From the NCBI GenBank assembly GCA_965261005.1, contig OZ253375.1:2176001-2240000 (forward strand): a stretch of 64,000 nt of DNA. The letters run 5' to 3'. The stretch's first letter is position 1, and each line of letters begins with the position of its first letter. The position numbers and the translations under genes are program-made. Source of the DNA: Deinococcus sp. (GTDB lineage Bacteria > Deinococcota > Deinococci > Deinococcales > Deinococcaceae). Of the stretch, positions 19,502-31,229 are shown in pieces. Under the pieces are notes generated by a model. That model was not told where the DNA came from and did not search any database. It saw only the letters and a list, made by a program, of their open reading frames with translations.

Positions 19502-22029
19502 TGCCGAGTCAGATGTACCGTCAACAAGGCTTTACCAAGCGGTTGGGTGGCGCCAGCTTGGCGCTCACCCTGCTGCTGGCCGCCTGCGGGCAGGTCAGCA
19601 CGCCTGCGGGCCAGGCCCCGAGTCCAGTTGCCAGCGCGCCCAAGACCTTTACCGTGGACCCCGCCCACCGCTTTCTGGAGAGTCAGGTCGTGGTGGGCCT
19701 CGGGAACGGGCTGACGGCGGAGGGGGCGGCGAAGCTGGTCGGGGGACGGGTCGTGCAGGAATTGCCCCGCGTGCGCGCCGCGCTGATCGCCTTGCCGCAG
19801 GGCCTCTCGGTCGAAAAGGCCGTGCGCGTCTTCGCGGGTGCCGGCACGGCGCGCTACGCCGAGCCGAACTACCTGATGACCCGCCCCGACGATCAGGTTG
19901 TCAAGACCGTGGGGGCGCAAACTGTGCCCGGTGTCAGTGCGCAGGACGTGACCCTCAACGACCCGCAGCTGAGCCGCCAGTGGTTTTTGCGCAACATGAA
20001 CGCGCCCAAAGCTTGGGAAACCGCCACCGGCAAAGGCGTTCGCATCGGCGTGGCCGACGAGGACATCGACAGGGGACATCCCGACCTCAAGGCCAACATC
20101 GTGTTTCCCGGCTTCGACGCCCCCAACAACAAGCTGATCACGCCCGCCACGCCTTATGACGGCATCGGCCAGCACGGCACCTGGGTGTCCGGCACGGCGG
20201 CGGCGGTGGGCAACAACGGCATCGGCGGCGCGGGCGTGGCCTATCAGGCGGGCATCGTGCCCTTGACCATCACGCACGACCCCGAGGGCGCCAGCAACGT
20301 GGACTCGGCGAGCGCTTTTGTGTTCGGCGTGGTCGGCCCCGACGGCAAGGCGCCCGGCGAAACGGGCGACGGGGACACGCCCGCCGGCCATCACGGCTAC
20401 GTGGACATCGTCAACTACTCGTTTGGCGGCACCAGCTATTCGCAACTGTCCAAGGAGGCCATCGACTACCTGCTGCTGAACGGGGTGGTGTTCGTGACCT
20501 CGGCGGGCAACACGCCCACCACCGGACCGGCCAGCCCCGCGTGGTCCCCCGGCGTCATCAGCGTGGCCGCGACCACCCCGCGCGACATCCGCACCGACTT
20601 TTCGAACCGGGGGTCACACCTCAGCGTGGCCGCCCCTGGACAGCAAATCTGGACGACGGCGCGCCGCACCCCCGACGAGCAGGACCAGGCGCCCTACGCC
20701 TACGTCGCCGGCACCTCCTTCGCCAGCCCGGCCACCGCCGGGGCCGCCGCGCTGATCTTGCAGGCGTCGGCCACCAAGAATGCCGACGGCTCGATCAAGG
20801 GCATTACCCTGACGCCCGCCCAGGTGCGCCATGTGCTGGAGAACACCGCCTACAAGCCTGGGGGCGGCTACAGCCTCGACCTCGGCAACGGCGTGGTGCG
20901 GGCCGACAAGGCCGTGACCCGCGCGACCCAGAACGCCGCCGCCACCGTCGAGAAGGGCGCCACGGTGCAAATGCGCTTCGTGGCGAGCAGCCGCCCCGAC
21001 GTGGGCGTGCCCCTGGTCGGCGTGACGCTTTCGGGCGGCAAGCGCCTCGACCAGTTGCTTTACGCGCAGTCGGCGGCGGGGGACGGCTATTTCGCCACCG
21101 GCACCGCCACTTACGCGGAGGTGGACGCGGGCATCTACAAGCTCTACGCCTCCGGGCCGCGCAGCGTCATCACGGGCGGCACCCCGGCCGTCACCGTGCA
21201 GACCCTGACGCTCGATCCCGGCGACAATAAGGTCCTCGGCAACAAGGACGGCGTGTTTCCGTTGGCCGTCACGCTGCCCACCGACGCCTTCGAGCCGAAC
21301 AACACCCCCGCGACCGCCGCGAGCATTGACTACGGCATCGTGCGCGACGGCGTGCTGGACCAGGGGGACGCCGACTACTTCAAGTTCACGGCGACCGCCG
21401 GCGACAACGCCTTTGTTAACACCCAGACCGTGTCGGGCAGCCCCGACCTCAAGGTGAGCGTGCTGGACGCGACGGGCAAGGTGGTGGCGAGCAACGAGAA
21501 GTTCCGCGACACCACCACCGACGCCGCCCTGGTCTACCAAGTGCCCACCAACGGCACGTACACCATCAAGGTCGAGGGCCAAAACACCGGCAATCCCTTT
21601 AACACCTACTGGGTGGGTCTCACCAAGCTGGTCGGCAGCGAGACCGAGCCGAACGGCAGCGCCACGGCGAGCGGCGAGACCTTCTCGAAGGTCAACTTTG
21701 CCGGGGCCAACACCCTGGAGATCGGCCAGGCCCGCGACGCCACCCTGTCCAGCGCGTCCGACGTGGACATCTACACCTTCACGGGCGAGGCCGGGCAAAG
21801 CATTCTCGCTGACGTCAACACCAAGGTGGGCGGCGCGCCCGACACCGTGTTGGGCCTCTTCTCGGCGGACGGCACGCTGCTCGCCACCAACGACGACACC
21901 AACACCCAGGACTCCACCGTGGAATACACCTTGGACACTTCCGGGAAGTATTACCTCGCCGTGGCGCCCTTTACAAGCGACCGGGGCGGCAGCCAGGGTG
22001 ACTACCGCATCAGCCTGACACGGCGTTAA
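19501..22029 (+). CDS. S8 serine peptidase lipoprotein with two C-terminal PPC-like domains
   Basis: LAAC lipobox; VADEDID, HGTWVSG, SAGN, GTSFASP; FEPNN/DADYF and ETEPN/DVDIY motifs. Confidence 0.92.
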   Translation: MPSQMYRQQGFTKRLGGASLALTLLLAACGQVSTPAGQAPSPVASAPKTFTVDPAHRFLESQVVVGLGNGLTAEGAAKLVGGRVVQELPRVRAALIALPQGLSVEKAVRVFAGAGTARYAEPNYLMTRPDDQVVKTVGAQTVPGVSAQDVTLNDPQLSRQWFLRNMNAPKAWETATGKGVRIGVADEDIDRGHPDLKANIVFPGFDAPNNKLITPATPYDGIGQHGTWVSGTAAAVGNNGIGGAGVAYQAGIVPLTITHDPEGASNVDSASAFVFGVVGPDGKAPGETGDGDTPAGHHGYVDIVNYSFGGTSYSQLSKEAIDYLLLNGVVFVTSAGNTPTTGPASPAWSPGVISVAATTPRDIRTDFSNRGSHLSVAAPGQQIWTTARRTPDEQDQAPYAYVAGTSFASPATAGAAALILQASATKNADGSIKGITLTPAQVRHVLENTAYKPGGGYSLDLGNGVVRADKAVTRATQNAAATVEKGATVQMRFVASSRPDVGVPLVGVTLSGGKRLDQLLYAQSAAGDGYFATGTATYAEVDAGIYKLYASGPRSVITGGTPAVTVQTLTLDPGDNKVLGNKDGVFPLAVTLPTDAFEPNNTPATAASIDYGIVRDGVLDQGDADYFKFTATAGDNAFVNTQTVSGSPDLKVSVLDATGKVVASNEKFRDTTTDAALVYQVPTNGTYTIKVEGQNTGNPFNTYWVGLTKLVGSETEPNGSATASGETFSKVNFAGANTLEIGQARDATLSSASDVDIYTFTGEAGQSILADVNTKVGGAPDTVLGLFSADGTLLATNDDTNTQDSTVEYTLDTSGKYYLAVAPFTSDRGGSQGDYRISLTRR

Positions 22030-22045
22030 ATACTCTTTCCTTTAG

Positions 22046-22073
22046 AAGGGACGCGCGCCGCGCGTCCCTTTTT
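22046..22073 (+). terminator. Intrinsic terminator
   Basis: AAGGGACGCGC...GCGCGTCCCTT hairpin plus T-run. Confidence 0.75.
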
Positions 22074-22102
22074 GCTGCTTCCACCTTTGCTATCCTGCCC
22101 CC

Positions 22103-22492
22103 ATGCAGCCGAGGCGCCACACCAAGCAGCGCCAAGCGGTGCTGGACGTGCTGCGAGAAACCCGCAGCCACCCGGACGCCGCCTGGGTCTTCGCCGAGGT
22201 GCGCCGCGTGATTCCCAACGTCAGCCTCGCCACCGTATACCGCGCCCTGGACGCCTTGTCGCGGGGCGGCGAGGTCAGCATTATCGAGCGCGCCGGCGAG
22301 CGCGCCCGCTACGACTACCGCCGCGACCACCACCACCACGCGGTCTGCCGGGCGTGCGGCGCCATCTTCGACGTGCCCGCCGTGTCCGTGTCCGTAGGAA
22401 CGCTGCCGAGTGGCTTTCAAGTCGGCGAGGTGGTGGTGGAGTATCACGGGGTTTGCAGAGCCTGCACACACTGGAAGGCGGGCGGTCCGTAG
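22103..22492 (+). CDS. Fur/PerR-family transcriptional regulator
   Basis: TKQRQAVL, HPDA, SLATVYRAL, HHHHAVCRACG, GVCRAC. Confidence 0.93.
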   Translation: MQPRRHTKQRQAVLDVLRETRSHPDAAWVFAEVRRVIPNVSLATVYRALDALSRGGEVSIIERAGERARYDYRRDHHHHAVCRACGAIFDVPAVSVSVGTLPSGFQVGEVVVEYHGVCRACTHWKAGGP

Positions 22493-22506
22493 ACCGCCCG
22501 CCTTTT
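22476..22506. terminator. Probable bidirectional terminator overlapping the fur stop
   Basis: AAGGCGGGCGGTC-CGTA-GACCGCCCGCCTT followed by TT. Confidence 0.7.
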
Positions 22507-22529
22507 GACTGCCCTTATGAGGTCTTACT

Positions 22530-23198
22530 TTACGAGGTCTTGAGCGCGTAGCCGATGCCGCGCACCGTACGGATGATGCCGTAGCCGTCGAGGTCGCGCA
22601 GCTTGGCGCGCATGTTGGCCATGTGGACGTCCACGACGTTGGAGTTGCTGGGCAATTCGCCGTTCCACACCTCGCGCTCGATCTCCTCGCGCGAGTAGAC
22701 CCGGCCGGGCTGGCGCGCCAAAAAGGTCAGCAGATCGAATTCCTTGGGCGAGAGCCTGACCTCATGGGTGTCATAGTGGCACAACCGCTTTTGCGGGTGA
22801 ATCTCCAGGGCGCCGATCGAGATGATCTCGCCGTGCTGTTGGTGGCGCAGTTGGACCTTGACGCGCGCCACCAGTTCCTCGGGGTGAAACGGCTTGGTGA
22901 TGTAGTCGTCGGCGCCGGCCTCAAGAAGATTGACCTTGCGGTCCACCGCGTCCATCGCCGTCAAGATGATAATCGGCACCGCGCTGGTCTTGCGCAGCCG
23001 CCGCGCCACCTCGGCGCCGTCGAAGTCGGGCAGGCCGAGGTCAAGAATGACCAGCTCAGGGTTATTCTCGCGGGCGCTGGTCAGGCCGCTCACCCCGTCC
23101 GGGGCGGTCAGAACCCGGTAGCCGGCCTGTTCGAGTTCGTAAGAAACCACCCGGCTGATGTCTGGATTGTCCTCGATAAGCAGTATGCGTTGTTCCAT
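22530..23198 (-). CDS. OmpR-family response regulator (DrRRA-like)
   Basis: REC domain (IED, LDLGLP, ADDYITKPF) plus wHTH (SNVVDVHMANMRAKL, TVRGIGY). Confidence 0.95.
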   Translation of the reverse strand: MEQRILLIEDNPDISRVVSYELEQAGYRVLTAPDGVSGLTSARENNPELVILDLGLPDFDGAEVARRLRKTSAVPIIILTAMDAVDRKVNLLEAGADDYITKPFHPEELVARVKVQLRHQQHGEIISIGALEIHPQKRLCHYDTHEVRLSPKEFDLLTFLARQPGRVYSREEIEREVWNGELPSNSNVVDVHMANMRAKLRDLDGYGIIRTVRGIGYALKTS

Positions 23199-23323
23199 GC
23201 TGGGCCGTCCTTTGAATGCTGACCGGAAGTTCCATGCATGGTAGTGAACCTGCCCTGCCGCGGTGTAAGCGACGTTTGAACCGAACTTTAGCTATGCTTG
23301 GCCCAACCTTGCGCCGCCCGATT

Positions 23324-24358
23324 CTAAACGGCGTCGCTGCTCCACCACGGCTCGCGCTCCTGGGCGAGCTGAGCGCGCGGATCGCCCAGCTCACCCAGCG
23401 CCCGCGCCAGGCCCTGCCAATCGAGTTCGCTGAAGGGGTCGAGGGTCAGGGCCTGCTGATGGTAGTTCACGGCGTCACGCTGGCGCCCGCCCCGGTGCGC
23501 GAGCTGCGCGGCGAGGCCCAGCAGCTCGCGCTGGCGCGCGTCAATGCGGGCGCGCACCTCCTCGCACCACTCCAAGTCGAGGTCGGGCAGGTAGCGGCCG
23601 TACTGGGCGACCACCTCGCGCACGCTTTCCAAGGTGGGCGCCGAACCCAGCACGCGCCCCGCACGCTCCTCAAACAGGCGCGCGTCGTAGCGCGGGGCCA
23701 ATTCGGGGTTCAGGCAGTAGCGGCGGTTGTGGCTTTCGACCGCCTCGGAGTTCAGCGAGCGGCGCAGGCGGTGCAGCGTGGTGTGAAACAGGCTGGAGGC
23801 GCGCGCCTCGTCTTTTTCGGGCCACAGCGCCTCGGCCGCTTCCCAACTGCTCACCTCGCGGCGCTCCAGCAGCAAGAAGAACAGTTCCATCGCTTTGCGC
23901 GACACCCACGGCACCGGCTCGCCGCGCCACGCCACGCTGCACGTGCCCAGCGCGCGCGCCTCCAGGGCGCTGCTGAGCACGGGCCGGGTGCTGATGCGGC
24001 GCAAACGGGCGTCCACCGCGAGGGTCAGGTCGTGCGGGGTGAAGGGCTTGGGCAGGTAGTCGTCGGCGCCGAGGTTCATGCCGCGGCGCACGTCGTCGCG
24101 CTCAGCGTGGCTGGACAGCAGCATAAAGGGCATGTGGGCCATTTCTGGGCGTTCGCGGACATGCTCCAGAAACTCGTAGCCGGTCATGTACGGCATCACC
24201 ACGTCCGAGATCACCAAGTCCGGCGTGACCTGGTCGAGCAGCGACAAAGCCTCCACGGGATGGGCGCAGGCGAACACTTCGTGGCCGGCGCGCGATAAAA
24301 TGACGCTGACCAGCTTGAGAATGGCCGCGTCGTCGTCCACCACCAGGACATGAGACAT
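23324..24358 (-). CDS. Response regulator with SARP/BTAD-like output domain
   Basis: REC (VDDD, DVVMP, ADDYLPKPF) plus ALG...ALWP...FHTTLHRLRR and ALTLDPFSE. Confidence 0.88.
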   Translation of the reverse strand: MSHVLVVDDDAAILKLVSVILSRAGHEVFACAHPVEALSLLDQVTPDLVISDVVMPYMTGYEFLEHVRERPEMAHMPFMLLSSHAERDDVRRGMNLGADDYLPKPFTPHDLTLAVDARLRRISTRPVLSSALEARALGTCSVAWRGEPVPWVSRKAMELFFLLLERREVSSWEAAEALWPEKDEARASSLFHTTLHRLRRSLNSEAVESHNRRYCLNPELAPRYDARLFEERAGRVLGSAPTLESVREVVAQYGRYLPDLDLEWCEEVRARIDARQRELLGLAAQLAHRGGRQRDAVNYHQQALTLDPFSELDWQGLARALGELGDPRAQLAQEREPWWSSDAV

Positions 24359-24568
24359 GCCTTAAGCCTATCAAAACTTTCTCACAGCATTGCCATATTT
24401 TATACATTGCACTAATCCTGCGGCCGCAAATCAGCCGACCTGCACCACAGATTTGAGCGGCGTGTTAGGCGGCGTCACCGGCTCGCCACACTCAAGCAGG
24501 ACACCCCTGACGAAAAGAGATGTCCTGCTTGGATGCGCTCAGCTAACGATTCGCTGGCGAACAGATCG

Positions 24569-24853
24569 TTAGCTGACGATGCGCTGGCCCCGGCGAATGC
24601 TGAGCTTGTCGGTCAGGGCGATGTAGCCGTCGTAGTCGGTGCGCTCCAGGTACTTTAAGAGGCGCCGGCGCTGGCCGTTCAGGAGCTGCAGGCCGCGCTG
24701 GCCGTGCTTGTCCTTTTTGTTGGTGGCGAGGTGGCGGCTCAGGTTGTTGATGCGCTCGGTGAGCAGGGCGACTTGCACGCTGGTGCTGCCCGTGTCGCTC
24801 GCGCTCTTGGCGTTCTGACCGATGATCTCGGCCTTGGTCTCGGCGTTCCACAT
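24569..24853 (-). CDS. rpsO: 30S ribosomal protein S15
   Basis: [19 protein letters not shown]...DKHGQRGL...RRRLLKYL. Confidence 0.97.
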   Translation of the reverse strand: MWNAETKAEIIGQNAKSASDTGSTSVQVALLTERINNLSRHLATNKKDKHGQRGLQLLNGQRRRLLKYLERTDYDGYIALTDKLSIRRGQRIVS

Positions 24854-24954
24854 ATGAACCTCTAGGTTTCTAAAGTCCCGCTTCGGCGAGCAAACGCGCT
24901 CGCGCCCCCGCCGGGCGGCAGACTAATATAGCGCGCGCCCCTTGGGCAATCAAC

Positions 24955-24983
24955 TTGACAAGCCCTGCCAAGCGGCCTATCCT
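24955..24983 (+). promoter_or_regulatory. Sigma-70 promoter of tRNA-Leu
   Basis: TTGACA-N17-TATCCT followed by a GC-rich discriminator. Confidence 0.8.
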
Positions 24984-25009
24984 AAGCGCGCCCGAACAGG
25001 GTCACCCGT

Positions 25010-25094
25010 GCTGGGGTGGCGGAATTGGTAGACGCACTAGCTTGAGGTGCTAGCGCCGCGAGGCGTGTGGGTTCAAGTCCCATCTCCAGCACCA
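25010..25094 (+). tRNA. tRNA-Leu (GAG)
   Basis: Cloverleaf with long variable arm, anticodon arm CTAGC-TTGAGGT-GCTAG, GGTTCAAGTCC T-arm, CCA end. Confidence 0.97.
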
Positions 25095-25097
25095 CCA

Positions 25098-25120
25098 GGC
25101 TCCCGCAAGGGAGCTTTTTT
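25098..25120 (+). terminator. Intrinsic terminator after tRNA-Leu
   Basis: GGCTCCC-GCAA-GGGAGCT plus T-run. Confidence 0.85.
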
Positions 25121-25164
25121 GTTGTGGGGCTGTCAGGGTGAGGGTTCTCGTGTCAGGCTGGGGG

Positions 25165-25968
25165 ATGCCCTATCAGGACTACCACACCCATCACCGCCGC
25201 TGCGGTCACGCCGAGGGCGAGCTGCGCGACGTGATTCTAGCCGCCGCCGATCGAAATCTCGTCGCCGTGGGCCTCAGTGACCACGCCCCCCTGCTCCACC
25301 TGGCGCGCGAGGACTGGCCCTTTCCCAACATCGCCATGCCGCGTGAGGAGCTCCCGCGCTACGTCGCCGAGATGGCGGACCTGAAGCGCGAGTTCGCGGA
25401 CAGAATCCCGGTCAAGATGGGCGTCGAGGCCGACTACGTGCCCGGTTTCGTGGGCGCCTACCGCGAGCTGCTTTCCCCGTATGCCCTCGACTACGTGATT
25501 GGCAGCGTGCATTTCGTGGACGGCTGGAGCATCTTTCAGGAGACGCTGCCGGGGGGGGCCAGCCGCGAGGAGATGTGGGACCGCTATCTGGTCCTGACGC
25601 GGGAGGCGGCGGGGTGCGGGCTGTTCGACATCCTGGGCCACCTCGACTGCCTCAAGACCAAGGGCCACCTGCCGGAGGACTGGAACACGCCCCGCTTGAG
25701 CGAAACCCTCGACGCCATCGCCGACGCCGGCATCGCCATCGAACTCAACACCAGCGGCTGGCGAAAACCGGTGGGCGAGTGCTTTCCGAGTTTGCCCATT
25801 TTGGAGATGACCGCCGCGCGCGGCATTCCGGTGTGCCTGGGCAGCGACGCCCACCGCCCACAAGACGTGGGGGCGGACTTTGGCCGGGCGGCCGAGCTGC
25901 TGAGGGGGGCGGGGTATCGGGAGTTGGTCAGCTTTGAGGGCCGGGAGCGCTCGCCCGTTCCTTTGTAA
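25165..25968 (+). CDS. Histidinol-phosphatase, PHP (HisJ/HisK) family
   Basis: DYHTHH...CGHA, LSDHAP, GVEADY, GSVHF, GHLD, GSDAHRP. Confidence 0.9.
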   Translation: MPYQDYHTHHRRCGHAEGELRDVILAAADRNLVAVGLSDHAPLLHLAREDWPFPNIAMPREELPRYVAEMADLKREFADRIPVKMGVEADYVPGFVGAYRELLSPYALDYVIGSVHFVDGWSIFQETLPGGASREEMWDRYLVLTREAAGCGLFDILGHLDCLKTKGHLPEDWNTPRLSETLDAIADAGIAIELNTSGWRKPVGECFPSLPILEMTAARGIPVCLGSDAHRPQDVGADFGRAAELLRGAGYRELVSFEGRERSPVPL

Positions 25969-26033
25969 GCCGCTCCTTTGTGAGCCGCCCGAACGGGTAG
26001 GGCGCCCCGCCCCGCGCGGCGCTAGACTGGCCT

Positions 26034-27878
26034 GTGACCCGTTTTCGTCCTGCCGCCGCGCCCCAAGGTGCCCCAGAACCCGCCGCCCCCGGCGCGCGGG
26101 CGGCCGACCTGTGGGCGACCCTCAAGCTGGTGTGGGCGGCCAGCCCCCGACACAGCCTCACCTTTGCCCTCGCCAGCTTGGTCGCCTCGGGGCTGCCGGC
26201 GGCCAACCTCTACGTCAGCAAGCTGCTGCTCGACGAGGTGGGCCGGGCGGCCGGCGGGAACGTCACCTTCGCCTCGCTGCTGGGCCTCTTGGCGGTGCAG
26301 GTCGGGCTGGGCATTCTGGGCAGCCTGCTCTCGACGGTGCAGGGTTCCTCGCAGCAGTTGCTTGGGGACGCGCTTCAGCACGGCATCAGCCGGCGCATTC
26401 TCGACAAGGCGGCCGGCCTGAGCGTGGACCTCTTCGAGAACGCCGAGACCTACGACAAGCTGCAACAGGCTTACCGCGAGGTCGGCTCGCGCCCGCTGGG
26501 GGTGGCGACGCAGCTGGTCGGCCTGGCGGGCGCCGTCGTCACGCTGACCTCGGTGGGGGCGCTGCTGGCCCGCTTGGGGCCGCTGATTTTGCCCCTGGTA
26601 CTGCTGGCGAGCTTGCCGGGGGTGTGGGTCTCGAACCGCTTCGGCGTGGAGAACTACCGCATGCTCCGGTGGCAGACCCACGACGCCCGGGTGCAGAACT
26701 ACCTGGGCAGCATCTTGACCTCGGACAGCCTGGTCAAGGAGGTGCGGCTCTTCGGCTTCGAGCCGTACCTGCTCGCGCGCTGGCGCGACTACTACCTGGG
26801 CTTTCGGCGCCAACTGGAGGACATCATCCGGCGGCGCTCGCTGTGGGGCTTCGCGGCGGCGTTGCTGTCGGCCCTGCTGATCGGCGCGGCCAGCGCGCTG
26901 ATTCTCAGGCGGGCGGCGGCGGGGCAGGTTTCGGTGGGGGACTTCGGCCTGTTCGCGCTGGGCATCGCGCAGGTGCAGGGGCAGGTGTCGGGCTTGCTCG
27001 GCGGCGTCAGCGGCATCTATCAGAATTTGTTGTACATGCGCAACCTGTTCGGCTTTCTGGAATTGCCGGCGCGCGACCTGAGCGCCGGCGAGGAATGGCA
27101 GGGGCCGATTGAGACCATCGCGTTCGAGGACGTGGGCTTTCGCTATCCTCTCACCGAGCGCGACGTGCTGAAAGGGGTCAGCTTCGCCGTTAAGGGTGGC
27201 GAGGCCCTAGCGCTGGTGGGGGAGAACGGCGCCGGCAAGACCACCATCGTCAAGCTGCTGACCCGCCTGTTCGAGCCGACCTCGGGCCGCATCCTGCTGA
27301 ACGGCCAGGACGCCGCGCGCTTCAGCCCGCGCAGCGTGCAAAAGCAGATGAGCATTATCTTTCAGGACTTCGGCCAGTACCAGATGAGCGCCCGCGAAAA
27401 CGTGGCCGTCGCCGACACCCCGCGCCTGGAGGACGCGCCGGGTATGGGCGCGGCGGTGGACCGGGCCGGCGCCGCCTTCGCCCACGATTTGCCGGGGGGC
27501 CTAGAAACCCCGTTGGGCCGCCTGTTTCAAGGGGGGCAGCAATTGTCGGGCGGCCAGTGGCAGCGCCTGGCCCTCGCGCGGCTGTACTTCCGGGACGCCT
27601 CGGTGCTGGTCTTCGACGAGCCGACCGCCGCCCTGGACGCCCGCGCCGAGTTTGAGACCATTGAGGCGCTGCGCGAGCAGGCTCGTGACAAGATCACGCT
27701 GCTGATTTCGCACCGCTTCTCGACCGTGCGCCTCGCCGACCAGATCGTGGTGCTGGAGAACGGCGTCGTCAATGAGGCGGGCACCCACGCCGAGCTGCTC
27801 GCGCGCGGCGGCACCTACGCCTCGCTGTACCGGCTCCAAGCGCGCGGCTACGCCGAGGAAGGTGTGGGGGCGGACTGA
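26034..27878 (+). CDS. ABC exporter, fused permease/ATPase
   Basis: TM domain plus GENGAGKT, LSGGQWQR, DEPTAALD. Confidence 0.95.
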   Translation: MTRFRPAAAPQGAPEPAAPGARAADLWATLKLVWAASPRHSLTFALASLVASGLPAANLYVSKLLLDEVGRAAGGNVTFASLLGLLAVQVGLGILGSLLSTVQGSSQQLLGDALQHGISRRILDKAAGLSVDLFENAETYDKLQQAYREVGSRPLGVATQLVGLAGAVVTLTSVGALLARLGPLILPLVLLASLPGVWVSNRFGVENYRMLRWQTHDARVQNYLGSILTSDSLVKEVRLFGFEPYLLARWRDYYLGFRRQLEDIIRRRSLWGFAAALLSALLIGAASALILRRAAAGQVSVGDFGLFALGIAQVQGQVSGLLGGVSGIYQNLLYMRNLFGFLELPARDLSAGEEWQGPIETIAFEDVGFRYPLTERDVLKGVSFAVKGGEALALVGENGAGKTTIVKLLTRLFEPTSGRILLNGQDAARFSPRSVQKQMSIIFQDFGQYQMSARENVAVADTPRLEDAPGMGAAVDRAGAAFAHDLPGGLETPLGRLFQGGQQLSGGQWQRLALARLYFRDASVLVFDEPTAALDARAEFETIEALREQARDKITLLISHRFSTVRLADQIVVLENGVVNEAGTHAELLARGGTYASLYRLQARGYAEEGVGAD

Positions 27879-28011
27879 TACGGATGCCGCTCAATTCCGT
27901 ACAGTCGAGAACAGCGCTCGCTTGTACTCCATACCGCGAAGGGCCGTAGCTCTTTCCTCCTCACGCCGCTCGGAAAATTTCCGTACAGTACGGAAATCTT
28001 CGGAATTCTTA

Positions 28012-28014
<3 letters not shown>
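27876..28014. repeat. Deinococcus-type small non-coding repeat (SRE/SNR-like MITE)
   Basis: Imperfect terminal IR TGATACGGATGCCG / CGGAATTCTTATCA; internal hairpin ATTTCCGTAC-A-GTACGGAAAT; resembles recalled Deinococcus repeats. Confidence 0.7.
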
Positions 28015-29547
<1,533 letters not shown>

Positions 29548-29630
29548 GGGCTTAGTGTAGCGAGTGCCGAGAAGAAGGACCGGCATCAGCCTGCTCCACG
29601 CGCTTATTTGTGCCGTGCCATCATGGCCCC

Positions 29631-30293
29631 GTGCCCGACCTGACCGACCTCGCCGCTTGGCTGCGCGTTCGCCTCGGCGCGGAGGATTTGCCCACCCTGT
29701 ACCGCCCCGGCCCGGCAGCGGTCTCCCGCCTCGCGCTGGCCCTGGAGCCGGACGATCTGCCGGAGAACCCCAGTGCCGACGCCCTGTTCCTGCACCGGCC
29801 CTTTCGGCTGGGCGGGCGCTTTCCCGATCTGGGCGTGCTGGCGTCGCACGACGGCTTCGACGCGGCGTTGACCACCGGCCAGAACTGGCCCCTCGCGGGG
29901 CAGCTGGGCTGGCAGGACGTGCGGGCGTTGACTTGGAAGGGGAAACCGCTCGGTTTGCTGGCGGAGTTGCCCGAGTCTTCCTGGGAGGACTTGTTAACGT
30001 CCCTGAAAAGTGAGTTGGGCGGCTGGGACTTCGCGGCGGCGCCCAGAGAGCGACCGGCGCGGGTCCTGCTGGCGAACGCCCTGCGCCCCGAACTGGTCCA
30101 GCTCGCCTCGGACCAGGGCGCCCAAGTCTACCTGACCGGCCAGTTCCGCCCCGGCGCCCGCGCGGCCCTCTCGGAGACCGGCCTGGGCGTGGTCGCCCTG
30201 GGGCACCGCCGCAGCGAGGCGTGGGGGCTGCGCCAGTTGGAGCGGGAGTTGAGGGCGGCCTTTCCCGAGTTGAGAACCGAGATTTACGGCTGA
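29631..30293 (+). CDS. Nif3-like dinuclear metal-centre protein
   Basis: [29 protein letters not shown]; start codon inferred. Confidence 0.75.
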   Translation: MPDLTDLAAWLRVRLGAEDLPTLYRPGPAAVSRLALALEPDDLPENPSADALFLHRPFRLGGRFPDLGVLASHDGFDAALTTGQNWPLAGQLGWQDVRALTWKGKPLGLLAELPESSWEDLLTSLKSELGGWDFAAAPRERPARVLLANALRPELVQLASDQGAQVYLTGQFRPGARAALSETGLGVVALGHRRSEAWGLRQLERELRAAFPELRTEIYG

Positions 30294-31198
30294 GCGACCT
30301 TCCAGCGCTCCTGCAAGTCGGCGATGGCGCGCTCCTTGCCCTTGGCCTCGACCTCGATCCAGGGCACCCGTGAAAAGGCGCTGGGAACGTGCTCGATCAG
30401 CTCGCTGTGCCGGCGGTCCAGCAGCCCCTCGCGGCCGTTGGACAGGTGGACGATCTGCCAAGCCGGGTCGGGCCAGGTCCCCGCCGCCGCCTCCACGAAA
30501 TACGCAAACGAGGGGTCCTCGTAGCCCGCCAGCTTTTCCTTGATGAGGTGGTGGTGCGCGTCGAAGACGAAGGGAAGGCCGGTCGCTTCACAGATGCCCA
30601 GAATCTCGGCGGCGCCGTAGATGTGCTCGTCATTTTCGAGGGCCAGGCGCGACCTCACGTTGTCCGGCAAATCGCGCGCCCGCTCGGTCAGCTCCGCGCC
30701 CCGCCCGCCCTTGCCGCCGTGGATCAGCAGGGTGTTCCAGGCGCTGCGCGGCAGGTCCATCAAGTCGAGATTGCGGGCGTGCTGGCCCAGGATCAGGCGC
30801 GCGTTCTCCACGACCGCCGGCGAATCGGAGGACAGCACCACGAACTGGTCGGGGTGGACCACCACCCGCACCCCGAGGGCGGCCGAGCGGCGCCCCACCT
30901 CGGGCAGGTCGCCCGCCAACTCGGCCAGCACCGCCGCCCCTATACCGTCCTCCAAGTCGCTCATCGGGAACATCTGCGAGGTCATGCGGTAGAGCCGGAT
31001 GCCGCTGGCCGCGCAGAAGTCGAGGGCGTGCAGCAGCCGCCCCAAATTGTGGCGGTAGAGGTCGCGCAGCTTGTCATAACGCGCGGCCTCGTCCAGCTTG
31101 AGGTAGTTGGTGCGCGTCACGGTCCTGAAGCGCACCTCGTCGGTGGAGGTCATGCAGACCAGCCCCAGTTCGGGAAGGTGGGAAACGGCGTCGGTCAT
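30284..31198 (-). CDS. uvsE: UV damage endonuclease
   Basis: [43 protein letters not shown]. Confidence 0.95.
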   Translation of the reverse strand: MTDAVSHLPELGLVCMTSTDEVRFRTVTRTNYLKLDEAARYDKLRDLYRHNLGRLLHALDFCAASGIRLYRMTSQMFPMSDLEDGIGAAVLAELAGDLPEVGRRSAALGVRVVVHPDQFVVLSSDSPAVVENARLILGQHARNLDLMDLPRSAWNTLLIHGGKGGRGAELTERARDLPDNVRSRLALENDEHIYGAAEILGICEATGLPFVFDAHHHLIKEKLAGYEDPSFAYFVEAAAGTWPDPAWQIVHLSNGREGLLDRRHSELIEHVPSAFSRVPWIEVEAKGKERAIADLQERWKVAQP

Positions 31199-31229
31199 CC
31201 CGGAAGTCTAGAGTCTGGTCGGCCCTGGC

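Noticed and set aside
22514..22541. Short direct repeat TTA(T/C)GAGGTCTT at the response regulator 3' end
   Set aside because: Too short to support an insertion scar without comparative data
25010..25140. tRNA genes as prophage/ICE attachment sites (also 51514-51590)
   Set aside because: No integrase and no duplicated tRNA 3' end seen in the window
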